From: a bacterium
Lineage (GTDB): Bacteria > Auribacterota > UBA3054
Length of the DNA stretch: 64,000 nt
Direction: 5' to 3'
NCBI GenBank assembly: GCA_017963805.1
Contig: JAGCTE010000015.1
Location: 122,350-186,349, forward strand
Made by a program: the position numbers and the translations under genes. Each line of letters opens with the position of its first letter. The first letter of the stretch is position 1. Below the pieces are notes generated by a model. That model saw only the letters and a list, made by a program, of their open reading frames with translations, was not told where the DNA came from and made no database searches. Positions 41,339 through 52,360 of this stretch are shown piece by piece.

Positions 41339-42697
41339 ATGAACGACAATGAAAACCCCCTTCTGAACCCCAAGTTCGACATCACCTGCCTGGGCGGCGG
41401 GTACAAACATCTCTCCAACAAAGAACACAGCCTTGCCACCATCTGCACCCAGGGCGGCTGGCAGCCCGTCAACGGCGGTCCCAGGGCACTCCCTATCTTC
41501 CAGAGCACGACCTGGCGCTACGCCACTAGCGAAGAGATGGGTAAGCTTTTCGATCTGGAAGCTGCCGGCTATTTCTACACCAGACTTCAGAACCCGACCG
41601 ACGACGTGGTGGCCTGCAAGATCGCCGACCTTGAGGGCGGCATCGGCGGCGTTCTGACCGCTTCCGGCCAGGCCGCCAGCTTCTTCTCGATCTTCAACAT
41701 CGCCTCCGCGGGCGACCATGTCATAAGTTCAGCCTCCATCTACGGCGGAACGCTGAACCTTTTCGTGGTCACCATGAAGAAGCTCGGCATCGAAGTGGAG
41801 CTCGTCGACCAGGATCTGTCCGAAGAAGAATTGGACAAATATTTCCGTCCCAACACCAAGTGCGTCTTCGGCGAAACTTTGACGAACCCCAACGTGAAAG
41901 TCCTGGACATCGAGAAGTTCGCCCGTATAGCCCACAAGCACGGCGTGCCCCTCATTGTGGACAACACCTTCCCGACGCCCATCAACTGCCGCCCCATCGA
42001 GTTCGGCTGCGACATCGTCATCCACTCCACCACCAAGTATCTTGACGGCCACGCCAGCGTGACCGGAGGCGTTATCGTCGACAGCGGCAACTTTGACTGG
42101 GACAAGCACGCTGACAAGTTCCCCGGTCTCACCACCCCGGACGAGAGCTACCACGGCCTCACCTACACCAAGGCTTTCGGCAAGAAGGCCTACCTAGTGA
42201 AACTGGTGGCCCAGCTCATGAGGGATATCGGCGCCCAGCAAAGCCCGATGAACGCTTTCCTTCTGAACCACGGCCTCGAGACGCTGCATCTCCGCGTGCC
42301 CAGGCACTCCGAGAACGGCCAGAAGGTCGCTGAATTCCTGGAATCCAGGCCGGAAGTGGAATGGATCAACTATCCCGGCCTTAAGAGCAGCCCGGACTAC
42401 GAACTAGCCAAGAAGTACCTGCCCAACGGCTGCAGCGGCGTCATAGCCTTCCGCGTGAAGGGCGGGCGCAAGGAAGCCGCGGAATTCATCGACCGCTTCA
42501 GGTTCATCGGCGTGGAAACGCACGTGGCCGAGAACAGGACGATCGTTCTGCATCCCGCCAGCCATACGCACCGTCAGCTGACGGACGAGCAGTTGGAAGC
42601 CGCCGGCATCCCGGTCGGCCTTATCAGGCTCTCCGTGGGCCTCGAGGATGTCAACGACATCATCGCCGACCTCAAGCAGGCCTTCGAGAACAAATAA
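41339..42697 (+). CDS. metY: O-acetylhomoserine/O-acetylserine sulfhydrylase (Cys/Met-metabolism PLP enzyme)
   Basis: PLP-lysine region IHSTTKYLDGHASVTGGVIVD. The start is taken at MNDNENP. Confidence 0.8.
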   Translation: MNDNENPLLNPKFDITCLGGGYKHLSNKEHSLATICTQGGWQPVNGGPRALPIFQSTTWRYATSEEMGKLFDLEAAGYFYTRLQNPTDDVVACKIADLEGGIGGVLTASGQAASFFSIFNIASAGDHVISSASIYGGTLNLFVVTMKKLGIEVELVDQDLSEEELDKYFRPNTKCVFGETLTNPNVKVLDIEKFARIAHKHGVPLIVDNTFPTPINCRPIEFGCDIVIHSTTKYLDGHASVTGGVIVDSGNFDWDKHADKFPGLTTPDESYHGLTYTKAFGKKAYLVKLVAQLMRDIGAQQSPMNAFLLNHGLETLHLRVPRHSENGQKVAEFLESRPEVEWINYPGLKSSPDYELAKKYLPNGCSGVIAFRVKGGRKEAAEFIDRFRFIGVETHVAENRTIVLHPASHTHRQLTDEQLEAAGIPVGLIRLSVGLEDVNDIIADLKQAFENK

Positions 42698-42704
42698 AAA
42701 AGAA

Positions 42705-42740
42705 AAAAATAAGGCGGCCGAAAGGCCGCCTTTTTTTATA
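42705..42740. terminator. Bidirectional rho-independent terminator
   Basis: GGCGGCCGAAAGGCCGCC flanked by A and T tracts. Confidence 0.65.
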
Positions 42741-43503
42741 GTATCGTTTTTATCTGGCTTTCCTCCAGCCAGCCTGCTTGGCTTTGCCCTTCCTCCTGAT
42801 TGACCAGGATCTTTTTCCAATTGCCCTGCGATCTCGTCACCTTGACTTCCGAGCCGGATCTCAGGACGAACATTTCGGTGTAGGAGGCGTCGGGACCGGC
42901 GTGGATCTTCGCTTCCTTATCCGTTACGACGCCCTGATGCGTGGCGTCGTAATATTTGTAGGAGGCGAACGCGAAGAAGACGAGCGTCAGGACGAGAAAG
43001 AGCAGGGCTAACTTCTTGGCGACGCCTCTTACGCTCCCGTTCTTGGAGAGAATGAAAACGCTCAGGACAAGCCAGAGGATGATCCAGAAGATCAGGGCCA
43101 GTTTAGCCTGTTCCTGGAGCCCGAGGTAGAAGTAGAGGAAGAAGAAGGATCTTAGGGCGGAGGGAACTTCCTTCCTCACTATGTTGTCTTCGGTCTGGCT
43201 CAGGGCGCGCAATAAGTTGGCGGAAGTGTCGGCGTCCCTGGGAGCGAAGAGCTCCGCTTTCCTGTAATAGGCGATGGCGTTGCCAAGGTCGCCCGTCTTG
43301 TAGTAGGCGTTGGCAAGGTTGTAGCTCAAAGCGGGGGAGGAGAGTCCTTCCCGCGCCGAACGGTTGTAGCACGCGATGGCTTCCTGGTAATTCTGGTTCG
43401 TGTAGGCGGAGTTTCCCTGGGCGAAGTATTTCGCGGCCTCGAAAGAGCCGGCCTGCGCAGAAATTACGGCGATTATAAAGAGAGCGGTTATGATCTTTTT
43501 CAT
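42736..43503 (-). CDS. batE: BatE-like TPR protein with a C-terminal SH3-like segment
   Basis: Signal peptide (MKKIITALFIIAVISAQA), TPR-like repeats, and a C-terminal end …EVKVTRSQGNWKKI…GWLEESQI. It is the last gene of the Bat operon. Confidence 0.5.
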   Translation of the reverse strand: MKKIITALFIIAVISAQAGSFEAAKYFAQGNSAYTNQNYQEAIACYNRSAREGLSSPALSYNLANAYYKTGDLGNAIAYYRKAELFAPRDADTSANLLRALSQTEDNIVRKEVPSALRSFFFLYFYLGLQEQAKLALIFWIILWLVLSVFILSKNGSVRGVAKKLALLFLVLTLVFFAFASYKYYDATHQGVVTDKEAKIHAGPDASYTEMFVLRSGSEVKVTRSQGNWKKILVNQEEGQSQAGWLEESQIKTIL

Positions 43504-45281
43504 TTCAAAGTCCTCCTTAATTCTTTCAAGAGGCGGGAGGTGTCCGAGAGCAGTTGGTCGTTGTCGCACTTCGGTCCGTAGTTGCCGGCGAAGCGCGCCA
43601 TCTCTATCCTTGTCATGAGATCCTGCCATTCTTTTTTGAGAGCCGGATCTTCGATGGTGTCGGCGGAAATGGAGCCCTTGGGAAGATCCAGGGTGTCGGC
43701 GACGTAGTCGTTGAGGGCGGCCGAGAGGCAGCCGCAGAAGTCTTTGATGGCTTCCGGCTTTCCTTTGAGCTTTCTCGCTTTCTTAAGATTCTGCTCAGCT
43801 TTTGAGTAAGCCTGGCTTTTCCTCTTGAAGCTCGGGTCCTCCTCCTTGGAGCGTTTGAGGGCGAAGAGCGCGCAGAGAATGAAGAAAGCGGGAGGGATCA
43901 ACGCCGAAGCAAGCAGAAGCTTTCTGTTGCGGATGCTGTCGAGCGCATCGTCGCCGCTCTCCAACTTTATGCCGAAGATATCCTGGTTTAAGATCTTGAT
44001 GGCGGGGGAGGCGCCCCTTTGGATCGGGATGGCCTCGGAAACGGTCACCTTCTGGCTCTGCGCGGATTTTTCCACGGTAAGCGGGAATGGCCCTGCAACA
44101 AGAGTTTGGTAATCGTTTTTGGCGGTGTCGAAATACGAGAAGGAGACGGCCGGCAGTTCCGTTATCTCGGAACTCAAGGGCACCCACATCTGGCTGTAAG
44201 TCTTGATGCCTTTCAGCTGTCCGTCCGCCACGCTCGTCTTCTTGTCCACGACGGGATCGTAGACTGTGAAGCCCGCCGAATTGGTGCTGGAAAGATCGAC
44301 GACGGCCTGGTCTATGTTGCCTATGCCGGTCAGAGTCAGCTTAAGCGTGACAGGCTCGCCTTCCTTGACCTTCTTGGGCGTTACTTCGGCCGAGAGGGCG
44401 AAGCGTCCGACTGCGCCTTTGAAGTCCTTCGGCTTGTTCTGGGCGGGAAGGTTTTGGACATTGATGAAAAGAGGTTCGGAAACGACGTTCTTCTCTATTG
44501 TGCGGTAGCGCTGGAAAAGGCTGAAGGGATCGTCGAAGGGATCGCGCGAGCGGCTTCTTTGGGTTATGGGAATGTTCACGGCGACGCGCATGTTGGCGGG
44601 GCCTATGGAGAGTTTGCCGGCTTTCAGGGGGATGATTAGTTTCTGGAAGCGCAGGTAATTGTAGATCTGCCCGCGGTAGCGCTGGCGGTCCTGCTGATAT
44701 TTGCCGATGTCCTGGACGTTGAAGCCCGTGAACTGAAGTTCCGGCTGGCTGGCGTCGGAAAGATTGACGTCCCTGTAGTAGAGCGTGATCGTAAGGAAGA
44801 TCTGATCGCCCAAAAAGGTGTTCGTAGAGCTGGCGTCCAGTTCCAAAAAGAGTTCGCCGCCGACTTCCGTCGTGGCGGGGGAGTTGGCCGAGCTTTTCCT
44901 CGCCTCTGAAACGTCGATGGAGATCTTCGGCAGGGTGTAAGTCTTGCCGTCGGCCTTCACTTTCGCTTCGCCGATCGTCAGTTTGCCGGTCCTTGTGGCC
45001 TGCAGCTCGTAGCTGAATTCCTGGGAGGAGGACTGCACGCCGTTTATGATGGAGATGTTGCTGCTCTGGCTTGGCCCCATGATGACGCGGAAGCCGTCCA
45101 TTTCGCCAAGCGCGGGCGGCGAGGCGTTCTTGGCGTTCTCCACCAGAACGGTGTAGCGCAAGGATTCGTCCATGCTGATGGACCTTCTGCTGCAGCTGGC
45201 CGAGACTTTGACCTCGGACAGCGCCGAGAGCGCGAACATCAGGGTTAGGAAAAAGACTTTAATTTTCATCGTATTTTTCAT
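43500..45281 (-). CDS. batD: BatD-like protein
   Basis: 593 aa. Signal peptide, beta-rich, with a TM helix near the C-terminal third. Its position follows BatC. Confidence 0.55.
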   Translation of the reverse strand: MKNTMKIKVFFLTLMFALSALSEVKVSASCSRRSISMDESLRYTVLVENAKNASPPALGEMDGFRVIMGPSQSSNISIINGVQSSSQEFSYELQATRTGKLTIGEAKVKADGKTYTLPKISIDVSEARKSSANSPATTEVGGELFLELDASSTNTFLGDQIFLTITLYYRDVNLSDASQPELQFTGFNVQDIGKYQQDRQRYRGQIYNYLRFQKLIIPLKAGKLSIGPANMRVAVNIPITQRSRSRDPFDDPFSLFQRYRTIEKNVVSEPLFINVQNLPAQNKPKDFKGAVGRFALSAEVTPKKVKEGEPVTLKLTLTGIGNIDQAVVDLSSTNSAGFTVYDPVVDKKTSVADGQLKGIKTYSQMWVPLSSEITELPAVSFSYFDTAKNDYQTLVAGPFPLTVEKSAQSQKVTVSEAIPIQRGASPAIKILNQDIFGIKLESGDDALDSIRNRKLLLASALIPPAFFILCALFALKRSKEEDPSFKRKSQAYSKAEQNLKKARKLKGKPEAIKDFCGCLSAALNDYVADTLDLPKGSISADTIEDPALKKEWQDLMTRIEMARFAGNYGPKCDNDQLLSDTSRLLKELRRTLK

Positions 45282-45292
45282 AGGGGAATATT

Positions 45293-46960
45293 TTACCAGT
45301 TTTTGTCAACAGGCACGATCGCCCCGGGCATTTTTTTGCGGTTCTTTTCCTTGTCGGAGTTGTCTTCCTCGAAAGCGCGGAGCATCTGCTCGGCCTGTTC
45401 CTTGGTCATTTCCTCGCTTTCAGGTTGATCCTGCTGCTGCTGATCCTGCTGCTGCTGATGCTGGTTTTGATCCTGCTGCTGCTGATCTTGCTGATTCTGG
45501 TCCTGATTCTGATCCTGGTTCTGGTCCTGCTCCTGCTGATCTTTCTGATCCTGCTCTTGCTGATCCTGATCCTGGTTCTGGTTGTCGTTCTGCTGCTGAT
45601 CCTGGTTCTTCTGCTGCTCTTCGTTGTTGTTCTGGTTGTCGTCCTCGAACTCTTTCCTAGCCTTGATGAAATTGTCAAGGGCGACGAACTGGTTCGTGGG
45701 CGCTTCGACAATTAGATTCTTAAGTTTTTCCTCAGCGGCTTTGGAAGCGGCGGAACCGAGCTTCAGGTATTCAATAGCGTTGGTGATGCTCATGGCGAGC
45801 GTCTTTTTGCTGGCGGCGGGGAGGGCTTCCTCTTTCTCTTCGCTTTCGCCTTCCTCTTTCTCCTCGCCTTCCTTTTCGTCCTTCTGCCCGCTGCGGGACT
45901 TCAGTTCCTTGACGATCTCCTGGCCGATGGAGTTGAACTTGTCGGCGCATTCCTTCAGGGCGGGGGCGTCCAAGAGCGAGAGGTCGATGGATAGGTCGTA
46001 GAAATTGTTGAAGACTTCCGCGCAGCGCCCGGCCAGATCGTTGACGTAGGGCGAAACGTTTTCCGAAACAAGGCCGACGGCGGTCGCCCTGGCTTCCTGG
46101 AAACGGTTGGAGAGAGATTGGAAAACGTCCGTCTGGGGAACGCCGCCCTTTATGCACTGGCTGAGGCCTTGGCCGACGTTTCCGAAAGCTTGGTAGAGGT
46201 TGACCAGCGCTTCGTTCTCCGGAGTTTGAGGGAGTCCCTGCTGCATCGGCGCCTCGCCTGTGGACTGCAGCCTTTCCGGCGGCAGGTTGGTGAAGAGCGC
46301 CTGGAAACCGACGATGAGGTAGTCGGCTTTCTCAGAGTGGGCGTACTGGTTCGTCATGATGCCGCTAAAGAAGTCGGGCGGGATGTCCTTGCTCTTTTCG
46401 AGGCTCTTTACGGTCTTTAAGAGCGTCAGGTTCTGCGCTCTTATGAGCGCTTCGAGTTCTCTCAGAAGCTTCTGCAGGGGATCTTTCTCCTGCTCGTCCT
46501 TCTGCTGGCTCGCCAGCTCTTTCATCAGCCTCGTGACGTACTCGATGTTGGCCTTGGTGTCCTCGTCGTCGCGGTCCAGCTCGTTGGCTCTTTTGTAGCT
46601 CTCCAGGGATTCCTTCAGTTTGCCCTGTCGGAAGAGGCAGTTGCCGATGTTGTAATGGCACTTGGCTTCCAGGTCCTGGGAGGCGCCGCTGGCGGCTCTC
46701 TGGAAGGCCGAGATCGCTTCGTCGTATTTTTCAAGGCGGTAGCAGGCGAGACCGGCGTTGTAGTTCGCTTCCGGATTGTCGGGGGAATCGATCTGCGCGT
46801 CGGCGTATTTCTGTTCGGCTTCCTGGAAATTTCCGTCCCGGAAAGCTCTGTTGCCGTCCGCTATCTTGGAGGCGAGCTCTTTGCTGTCGGCGGCGCTGAT
46901 ATCGGCTGCAAAGCTTAAAAGCGAAAGCGCGAAGAGTAGAAGTATGTTTTTCATTTTCAT
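45293..46960 (-). CDS. batC: BatC-like TPR protein with a long Q/D/E/N-rich low-complexity tail
   Basis: 555 aa. Signal peptide, N-terminal TPRs, and a C-terminal QDQDQQEQDQKDQQEQDQNQDQNQDQNQQDQQQQDQ tract. Confidence 0.55.
   Translation of the reverse strand: MKMKNILLLFALSLLSFAADISAADSKELASKIADGNRAFRDGNFQEAEQKYADAQIDSPDNPEANYNAGLACYRLEKYDEAISAFQRAASGASQDLEAKCHYNIGNCLFRQGKLKESLESYKRANELDRDDEDTKANIEYVTRLMKELASQQKDEQEKDPLQKLLRELEALIRAQNLTLLKTVKSLEKSKDIPPDFFSGIMTNQYAHSEKADYLIVGFQALFTNLPPERLQSTGEAPMQQGLPQTPENEALVNLYQAFGNVGQGLSQCIKGGVPQTDVFQSLSNRFQEARATAVGLVSENVSPYVNDLAGRCAEVFNNFYDLSIDLSLLDAPALKECADKFNSIGQEIVKELKSRSGQKDEKEGEEKEEGESEEKEEALPAASKKTLAMSITNAIEYLKLGSAASKAAEEKLKNLIVEAPTNQFVALDNFIKARKEFEDDNQNNNEEQQKNQDQQQNDNQNQDQDQQEQDQKDQQEQDQNQDQNQDQNQQDQQQQDQNQHQQQQDQQQQDQPESEEMTKEQAEQMLRAFEEDNSDKEKNRKKMPGAIVPVDKNW
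45406..45660. repeat. Triplet-type tandem repeat DNA (CTG/ATC/CTG on the + strand) encoding the Q/D-rich tract of the batC-like gene
   Basis: Repeated CTGCTGCTGATCCTG units read directly from the sequence. Confidence 0.6.
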
Positions 46961-46972
46961 GCGGCTTCTCCT

Positions 46973-48031
46973 TTAGCTGATTTTTTTCTGGCCGTCTTTT
47001 ACGACGGACTGCAGAAAGAAGCAGAAAAACGCGGCGCACAAGGGCCACTGGAACCTGTGCTCGTAGTGCTTCTTCTTGGAAGAGTCGAGCTCCTTGGTGT
47101 CCATACCAGCTATTCTTTTCGTATAGATGGCGTCCAGCTCGAGTCCGGAAGCGACGGCCTGGGCGTAGGCGCCGCCGGTTTCCAGCGCGATCTTCTGGAG
47201 CGTCTCTTCGTTGAGCTTACTTAGAACCTGGTTGCCGCTGCGATCGGTGATGTAGGTCTTGCGGCCTTTCTCGTCCGTGATCTGGATGGGGCTTCCGCTG
47301 GGCGTTCCGATGCCGATGCAGAAGATCTTGACGCCTTTTTCCTTGGCCATCTTTATGGCGTTGTCGAGGTCGCCCTGAAGGTTCTCGCCGTCCGTTATGA
47401 GGATGAGCGCCCTGGTGTTGCGTTCGTTGCCCTCGAAGGCGTTGACGGATTTTATGATGGCTTCGCCGATCTGCGTTCCGCCTTTTGGTATGAGCGAGGG
47501 GTCTAATTCGGAGAGGAACATCTTCGCCGCGCCGTAGTCCAGGGTCAGGGGGCACTGGACGAAAGCGCTGCCGGCGAAGGCGACCAAGCCTATGCGGTCG
47601 CCCTGCATGATCTGCATGAGGTCAAGGATGGCGCGCTTGGCGCGCTCAAGCCTATTGGGCGCGATGTCCTGGGCGAGCATGCTTCTCGATACGTCCACGG
47701 CGACTATGATGTCGCGGCCTTCCCTTTTCATCTCCTCCCAAGTGTAGCCCCACTTCGGTTCCATGAGGGCAAGGACCAAAAACGTCAGGCCGAAAAGGAA
47801 GAGGAAGATCTTGAGCACCCGTCCGCCCGCGCTTCTGGTAGTGAGCTTGTCGAGCATTTCCCTGGAGGCGAATTTTTCCAGCATGGCGCTCCTTTTGCGG
47901 TCTCTGTAGAAGAGGAAGACCGCCAGGGCTATAACGATCCAGAGAAGGTGTATGTAATAAAGTTTTTCAAAGTACATTTTTGTCTCCTTAAGGCAGTTTT
48001 TGGAATCTGGTAGCCAAAAGCAGAGTTTCAA
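46973..48031 (-). CDS. batB: BatB-like von Willebrand factor A protein
   Basis: 352 aa. N-terminal TM helices and the MIDAS motif DVSRSM. Confidence 0.7.
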   Translation of the reverse strand: MKLCFWLPDSKNCLKETKMYFEKLYYIHLLWIVIALAVFLFYRDRKRSAMLEKFASREMLDKLTTRSAGGRVLKIFLFLFGLTFLVLALMEPKWGYTWEEMKREGRDIIVAVDVSRSMLAQDIAPNRLERAKRAILDLMQIMQGDRIGLVAFAGSAFVQCPLTLDYGAAKMFLSELDPSLIPKGGTQIGEAIIKSVNAFEGNERNTRALILITDGENLQGDLDNAIKMAKEKGVKIFCIGIGTPSGSPIQITDEKGRKTYITDRSGNQVLSKLNEETLQKIALETGGAYAQAVASGLELDAIYTKRIAGMDTKELDSSKKKHYEHRFQWPLCAAFFCFFLQSVVKDGQKKIS

Positions 48032-48977
48032 TGATAAGAAGCGCGGCGGCCGCGAAGACTAGTCCCGGGAATCTTTCTATCCATTCCATATAGGTCATGG
48101 ATTCCGTCTTGGTCTTCTCAAGTTGGTCGATCTCCTTGTAGATCTTTTCCAGCGAGGCTTTCTCGGTGGCGCGGAAATACTGGCCGCCCGTGGTCTTGGC
48201 GATCTCTTTCAGAAGATCCTCGTCTATTTCGACGGGGACCTGCTGGAGGATCTTGCGGCCGAAGAAGTCGGTGCCCGGGACAGGGGCCATGCCTCTGGTG
48301 CCGGCGCCTATGGTGTAGATCTTTATGCCGAGAGCTTTGGCGCTTTGCGCGACGGCAAGAGGCGCCATCTTGCCGGCGTTGTTCATACCGTCGGTAAGGA
48401 GGACGACCACTCTGCTCGTGACGCTGGAGTCTTTCAGCCTCAAAAGCGCCGTGGCAAGCGCGTCGCCGATGGCGGTCGCGCTCTGGTCGGCCATGCCGAT
48501 CTCGCACTGCTCCAAGAGTTGCAAAAGCGTTCCGTAGTCAAGCGTCAGCGGGCACTGCGTGTAAGCGTCGGCGCCGTAGACCACCAGGCCTATGCGGTCG
48601 CTCGATCTGTGCTTGATGAAGTCGGCGGTCACTTCTTTGACGACGTCGAGCCTGTTGCGGTCCTTGGCAAGGTCTTCCGCGATCATGGAGCCGGACGTGT
48701 CTATGGTCAGCATGATGTCGATGCCTTCCGTAGTCACTTTGGTGTCCTCTTTGCCTTTCTGGGGGCGGGCCAGGGCGATGGCTAAAAGCGCCACGGCGGC
48801 CACTCTCAGAAGGACTATGAAGGGACGGAGCCTGACGGCCAGGGTCGGCTTTATCCTTTTAAGCAGGCTGATGTCGGAGTATCTGACGCCGGCTTTTCCT
48901 TTCTTGCTCAGCGCGTCCCAAAGGATCACGGGGATGAGCAGCAGAAGCAAGAGCCAATATGGGTCGTGAAGGATCAT
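47988..48977 (-). CDS. batA: BatA-like von Willebrand factor A protein
   Basis: 329 aa. TM helices and the MIDAS motif DTSGSM. Confidence 0.7.
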   Translation of the reverse strand: MILHDPYWLLLLLLIPVILWDALSKKGKAGVRYSDISLLKRIKPTLAVRLRPFIVLLRVAAVALLAIALARPQKGKEDTKVTTEGIDIMLTIDTSGSMIAEDLAKDRNRLDVVKEVTADFIKHRSSDRIGLVVYGADAYTQCPLTLDYGTLLQLLEQCEIGMADQSATAIGDALATALLRLKDSSVTSRVVVLLTDGMNNAGKMAPLAVAQSAKALGIKIYTIGAGTRGMAPVPGTDFFGRKILQQVPVEIDEDLLKEIAKTTGGQYFRATEKASLEKIYKEIDQLEKTKTESMTYMEWIERFPGLVFAAAALLIIETLLLATRFQKLP

Positions 48978-49945
48978 TGCTTTCCTCCTTCTTCTTTTTG
49001 TTCAGCGGTCTCCTTGGTCTGCTCGATGAAATTTTTGATGTTGTCAGTGGCTTCCTTCGCCAGTTCCGCGGAAGTCTCGCCCTTGGCGAATTTGATCATG
49101 TCGCATTCGCCCAGGAAGGAGCGGAGCATTTCCCTCTGTTCATAGCTGAACTTGGGGTCCTGCCTTAAGACGGCGAGGAATTCTTCCGTGGTCAGTTCCG
49201 GAGCGCGGATCTCGAATCTGTCTTCAATGTAAGTTCTCAAAACAAGCGAGAGACGGCTGAAATATTCTTTGTAAAGTTCCTTTTCCAATAGCCCCTCGGC
49301 GAGGAGGGCCTCAAGGGCGGCAAAGGCCTTGACGTGCGCGGGCACCGGCGGGGGAGCGGTTTTCTCTTTCTTCCTTCCGAGGCAGAGGAGCAGAACGAGG
49401 GCGACGGCGGCCAGCGAGGCGAGCACGATTATCACTTTCGTTCTGTTCTTTTCCTTCAAGAGAAGCTCGACCACGCCCTTGACGTCCCTGATGTCGTTCA
49501 TCTCTCCTTCCTTCGCGATGGAGACGACCTCCACGCAGAGAGCGGAACTATAGAGCGTGTTGGTGTTGCCGTTTATAACGAAATCGACTTTCGCGGGCGG
49601 GATCTCGTAGACGCCGGTCAGGTAGGTCTCGAGCTCGTAGGTCTGTTTTTTGACGACGCGGCCGCCCGGCAGCGTTTCATCCGGCAGGTTCTCCCAATCG
49701 TGGATCAGAAGGCTTTGAATGGGCGCCAGGTTCTCGGCGAAATCGGGCATCGCGACGTCGATGTTGGTCAGGGCGTTGACGGAGATGGTGTATTTCACAA
49801 GGTCTCCCACCCTGACCTGCGGCCTGTCGACGAAGACGTTCACCGCGACGGGATCGCTGGTCTGGGGAACCGCGAGTTCCGCCTTCTTCTTCTGGCAGCC
49901 GAGCAGCGCCGCGGCGAAAAGTGTTAGCAGAAAAAATTGACGCAT
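48974..49945 (-). CDS. Bat-operon membrane protein (DUF4381-like)
   Basis: 323 aa. Lipoprotein-like signal, a central TM helix, and its position between DUF58 and batA. Confidence 0.4.
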   Translation of the reverse strand: MRQFFLLTLFAAALLGCQKKKAELAVPQTSDPVAVNVFVDRPQVRVGDLVKYTISVNALTNIDVAMPDFAENLAPIQSLLIHDWENLPDETLPGGRVVKKQTYELETYLTGVYEIPPAKVDFVINGNTNTLYSSALCVEVVSIAKEGEMNDIRDVKGVVELLLKEKNRTKVIIVLASLAAVALVLLLCLGRKKEKTAPPPVPAHVKAFAALEALLAEGLLEKELYKEYFSRLSLVLRTYIEDRFEIRAPELTTEEFLAVLRQDPKFSYEQREMLRSFLGECDMIKFAKGETSAELAKEATDNIKNFIEQTKETAEQKEEGGKQ

Positions 49946-49946
49946 G

Positions 49947-50441
49947 TTATTTTTCCTCCTGCTTCTCGACCTTCGCTTCCTCTTTCGCTTCTTTTTTCTC
50001 CGTTTCTTTCTCCGCGAGACTGGGGTCCAAGGCGGTGTATCTCTTCCTGGCCGCGGCCGCCTCTTTCTGGCGTCCGAGCTTCGTTAAGGAATCGACCACT
50101 CTTTTGGGAACGTCCCTGTCGTTCGCGAAGGTGGGGTCAAGGGCTTCGGCGCGGTAGTAGTAGGCGACGGCGTTGGCGAAATCGAGCTTGTCGTAATAGA
50201 TGTTGCCGATCGTAACGCAGATGCCGGGCCTTTCCTTAGCCGGGATCGGGTAATCGCTAAGGTATTTCTGCAGCTCTTTGGCGGCCTGCAGGTCGAGCCC
50301 TTTTGTCCTCAAGTTGACGGCCAGGGCCCTCTGCTGCTCGGCGGTCCAATTTTCCGCCTTGGGAGGGAAGTAGAGCCTGTACGCGATCAGAAGGAGCAGT
50401 ATGAAGCAAAGGATCTGTATGAAGGAAATTGTTTTTGACAT
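49947..50441 (-). CDS. Small TM and TPR protein of the Bat operon
   Basis: TM helix followed by TPR-like repeats. The start is taken at the internal Met to avoid overlap with DUF58. Confidence 0.4.
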   Translation of the reverse strand: MSKTISFIQILCFILLLLIAYRLYFPPKAENWTAEQQRALAVNLRTKGLDLQAAKELQKYLSDYPIPAKERPGICVTIGNIYYDKLDFANAVAYYYRAEALDPTFANDRDVPKRVVDSLTKLGRQKEAAAARKRYTALDPSLAEKETEKKEAKEEAKVEKQEEK

Positions 50442-50445
50442 AAGT

Positions 50446-51327
50446 TTAGAAAATGTTTTTTTCCCGGCGCTTGAAGAAGCGGACGATCTCGTCGCCATAG
50501 TTGGCGCCGGTCGAGACGCGCATGGAGTCGACGCCCGAGGAGGTGAAGTTTTTGTCGCGATCCTCGCTCCTCATAAGGGAAAGCTTTTCCAGAGTCCGGC
50601 GGACTTTGCCGTCAAAGGTGTCGACCGTTATGGCTTCGCCGGTCTCGGCGTCCTCCAAGGTGATGAGGCCTATAGGCGGGAGAGAGCTTTCCCTCGGGTC
50701 GGAAACGCAGACCGGGATGAGGTCGTGGCGTTTGCTGGCGAGATTGATCGGCTTTTCATAGCCTTCGCACAGAAAGTCCGAGATAAGGAAGACCACGGCT
50801 TTCCTGCGGCAGACTTTGTTGAGGAAGTCGAGCGCGTTTCCGACGTCCGTTTTGGAACGCTCGCTCTTCTTGAAGCCCAAGACTTCCCTTATCACTCTCA
50901 GAACGTGGGAGTGGCCTTTCTTCGGCGGGATGTAGAGCTCGATCTGATCCGTGAAGATGATGAGCCCTACCCTGTCGTTGCTTCTTATCGCGGTGTAGGC
51001 CAGAAGGCCCGCGATCTCCGCGGCGATCTCGTTCTTGCTCTTATCAAGGGATCCGAAGGCGCCGGAAGAGCTCGCGTCCACCATAAGCATGACGGTCAGC
51101 TCGCGCTCCTCGACGAAGCGCTTCACATACGGCACGCCGGTCCTGGCCGTGACGTTCCAGTCGATGGTCCTGATGTCGTCGCCGGGCTGGTAGAGCCTGA
51201 CTTCGTCAAACTCCATGCCGCGCCCTTTGAAGGCGCTCTTGTATTCGCCGGCCATGACTTCGGTCACCTGATGGCTGGTCCTGATCTGGATCTGGCGGAC
51301 TTTCTGGAGCAGTTCTTTGGATAACAT
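50446..51327 (-). CDS. DUF58 protein (MoxR-associated VWA-like)
   Basis: 293 aa. Has DDIRTIDWNVTAR and a degenerate MIDAS MVDASSS. Confidence 0.75.
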   Translation of the reverse strand: MLSKELLQKVRQIQIRTSHQVTEVMAGEYKSAFKGRGMEFDEVRLYQPGDDIRTIDWNVTARTGVPYVKRFVEERELTVMLMVDASSSGAFGSLDKSKNEIAAEIAGLLAYTAIRSNDRVGLIIFTDQIELYIPPKKGHSHVLRVIREVLGFKKSERSKTDVGNALDFLNKVCRRKAVVFLISDFLCEGYEKPINLASKRHDLIPVCVSDPRESSLPPIGLITLEDAETGEAITVDTFDGKVRRTLEKLSLMRSEDRDKNFTSSGVDSMRVSTGANYGDEIVRFFKRREKNIF

Positions 51328-51359
51328 CTTAATTTCTCCTTAACCTAAGGGAAAAACTA

Positions 51360-52349
<990 letters not shown>

Positions 52350-52360
52350 GTTTTCTCCTT

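Noticed and set aside
45425-45715. Poly-Leu plus-strand ORF (MILLLLILLLL…) and 45406..45711 minus-strand alternate-frame ORF
   Set aside because: They are artefacts of the triplet-repeat DNA encoding the BatC Q/D tract.
50401-51324. 307-aa plus-strand ORF
   Set aside because: It is antisense to the DUF58 gene, which has the conserved DDIRTIDWN motif.
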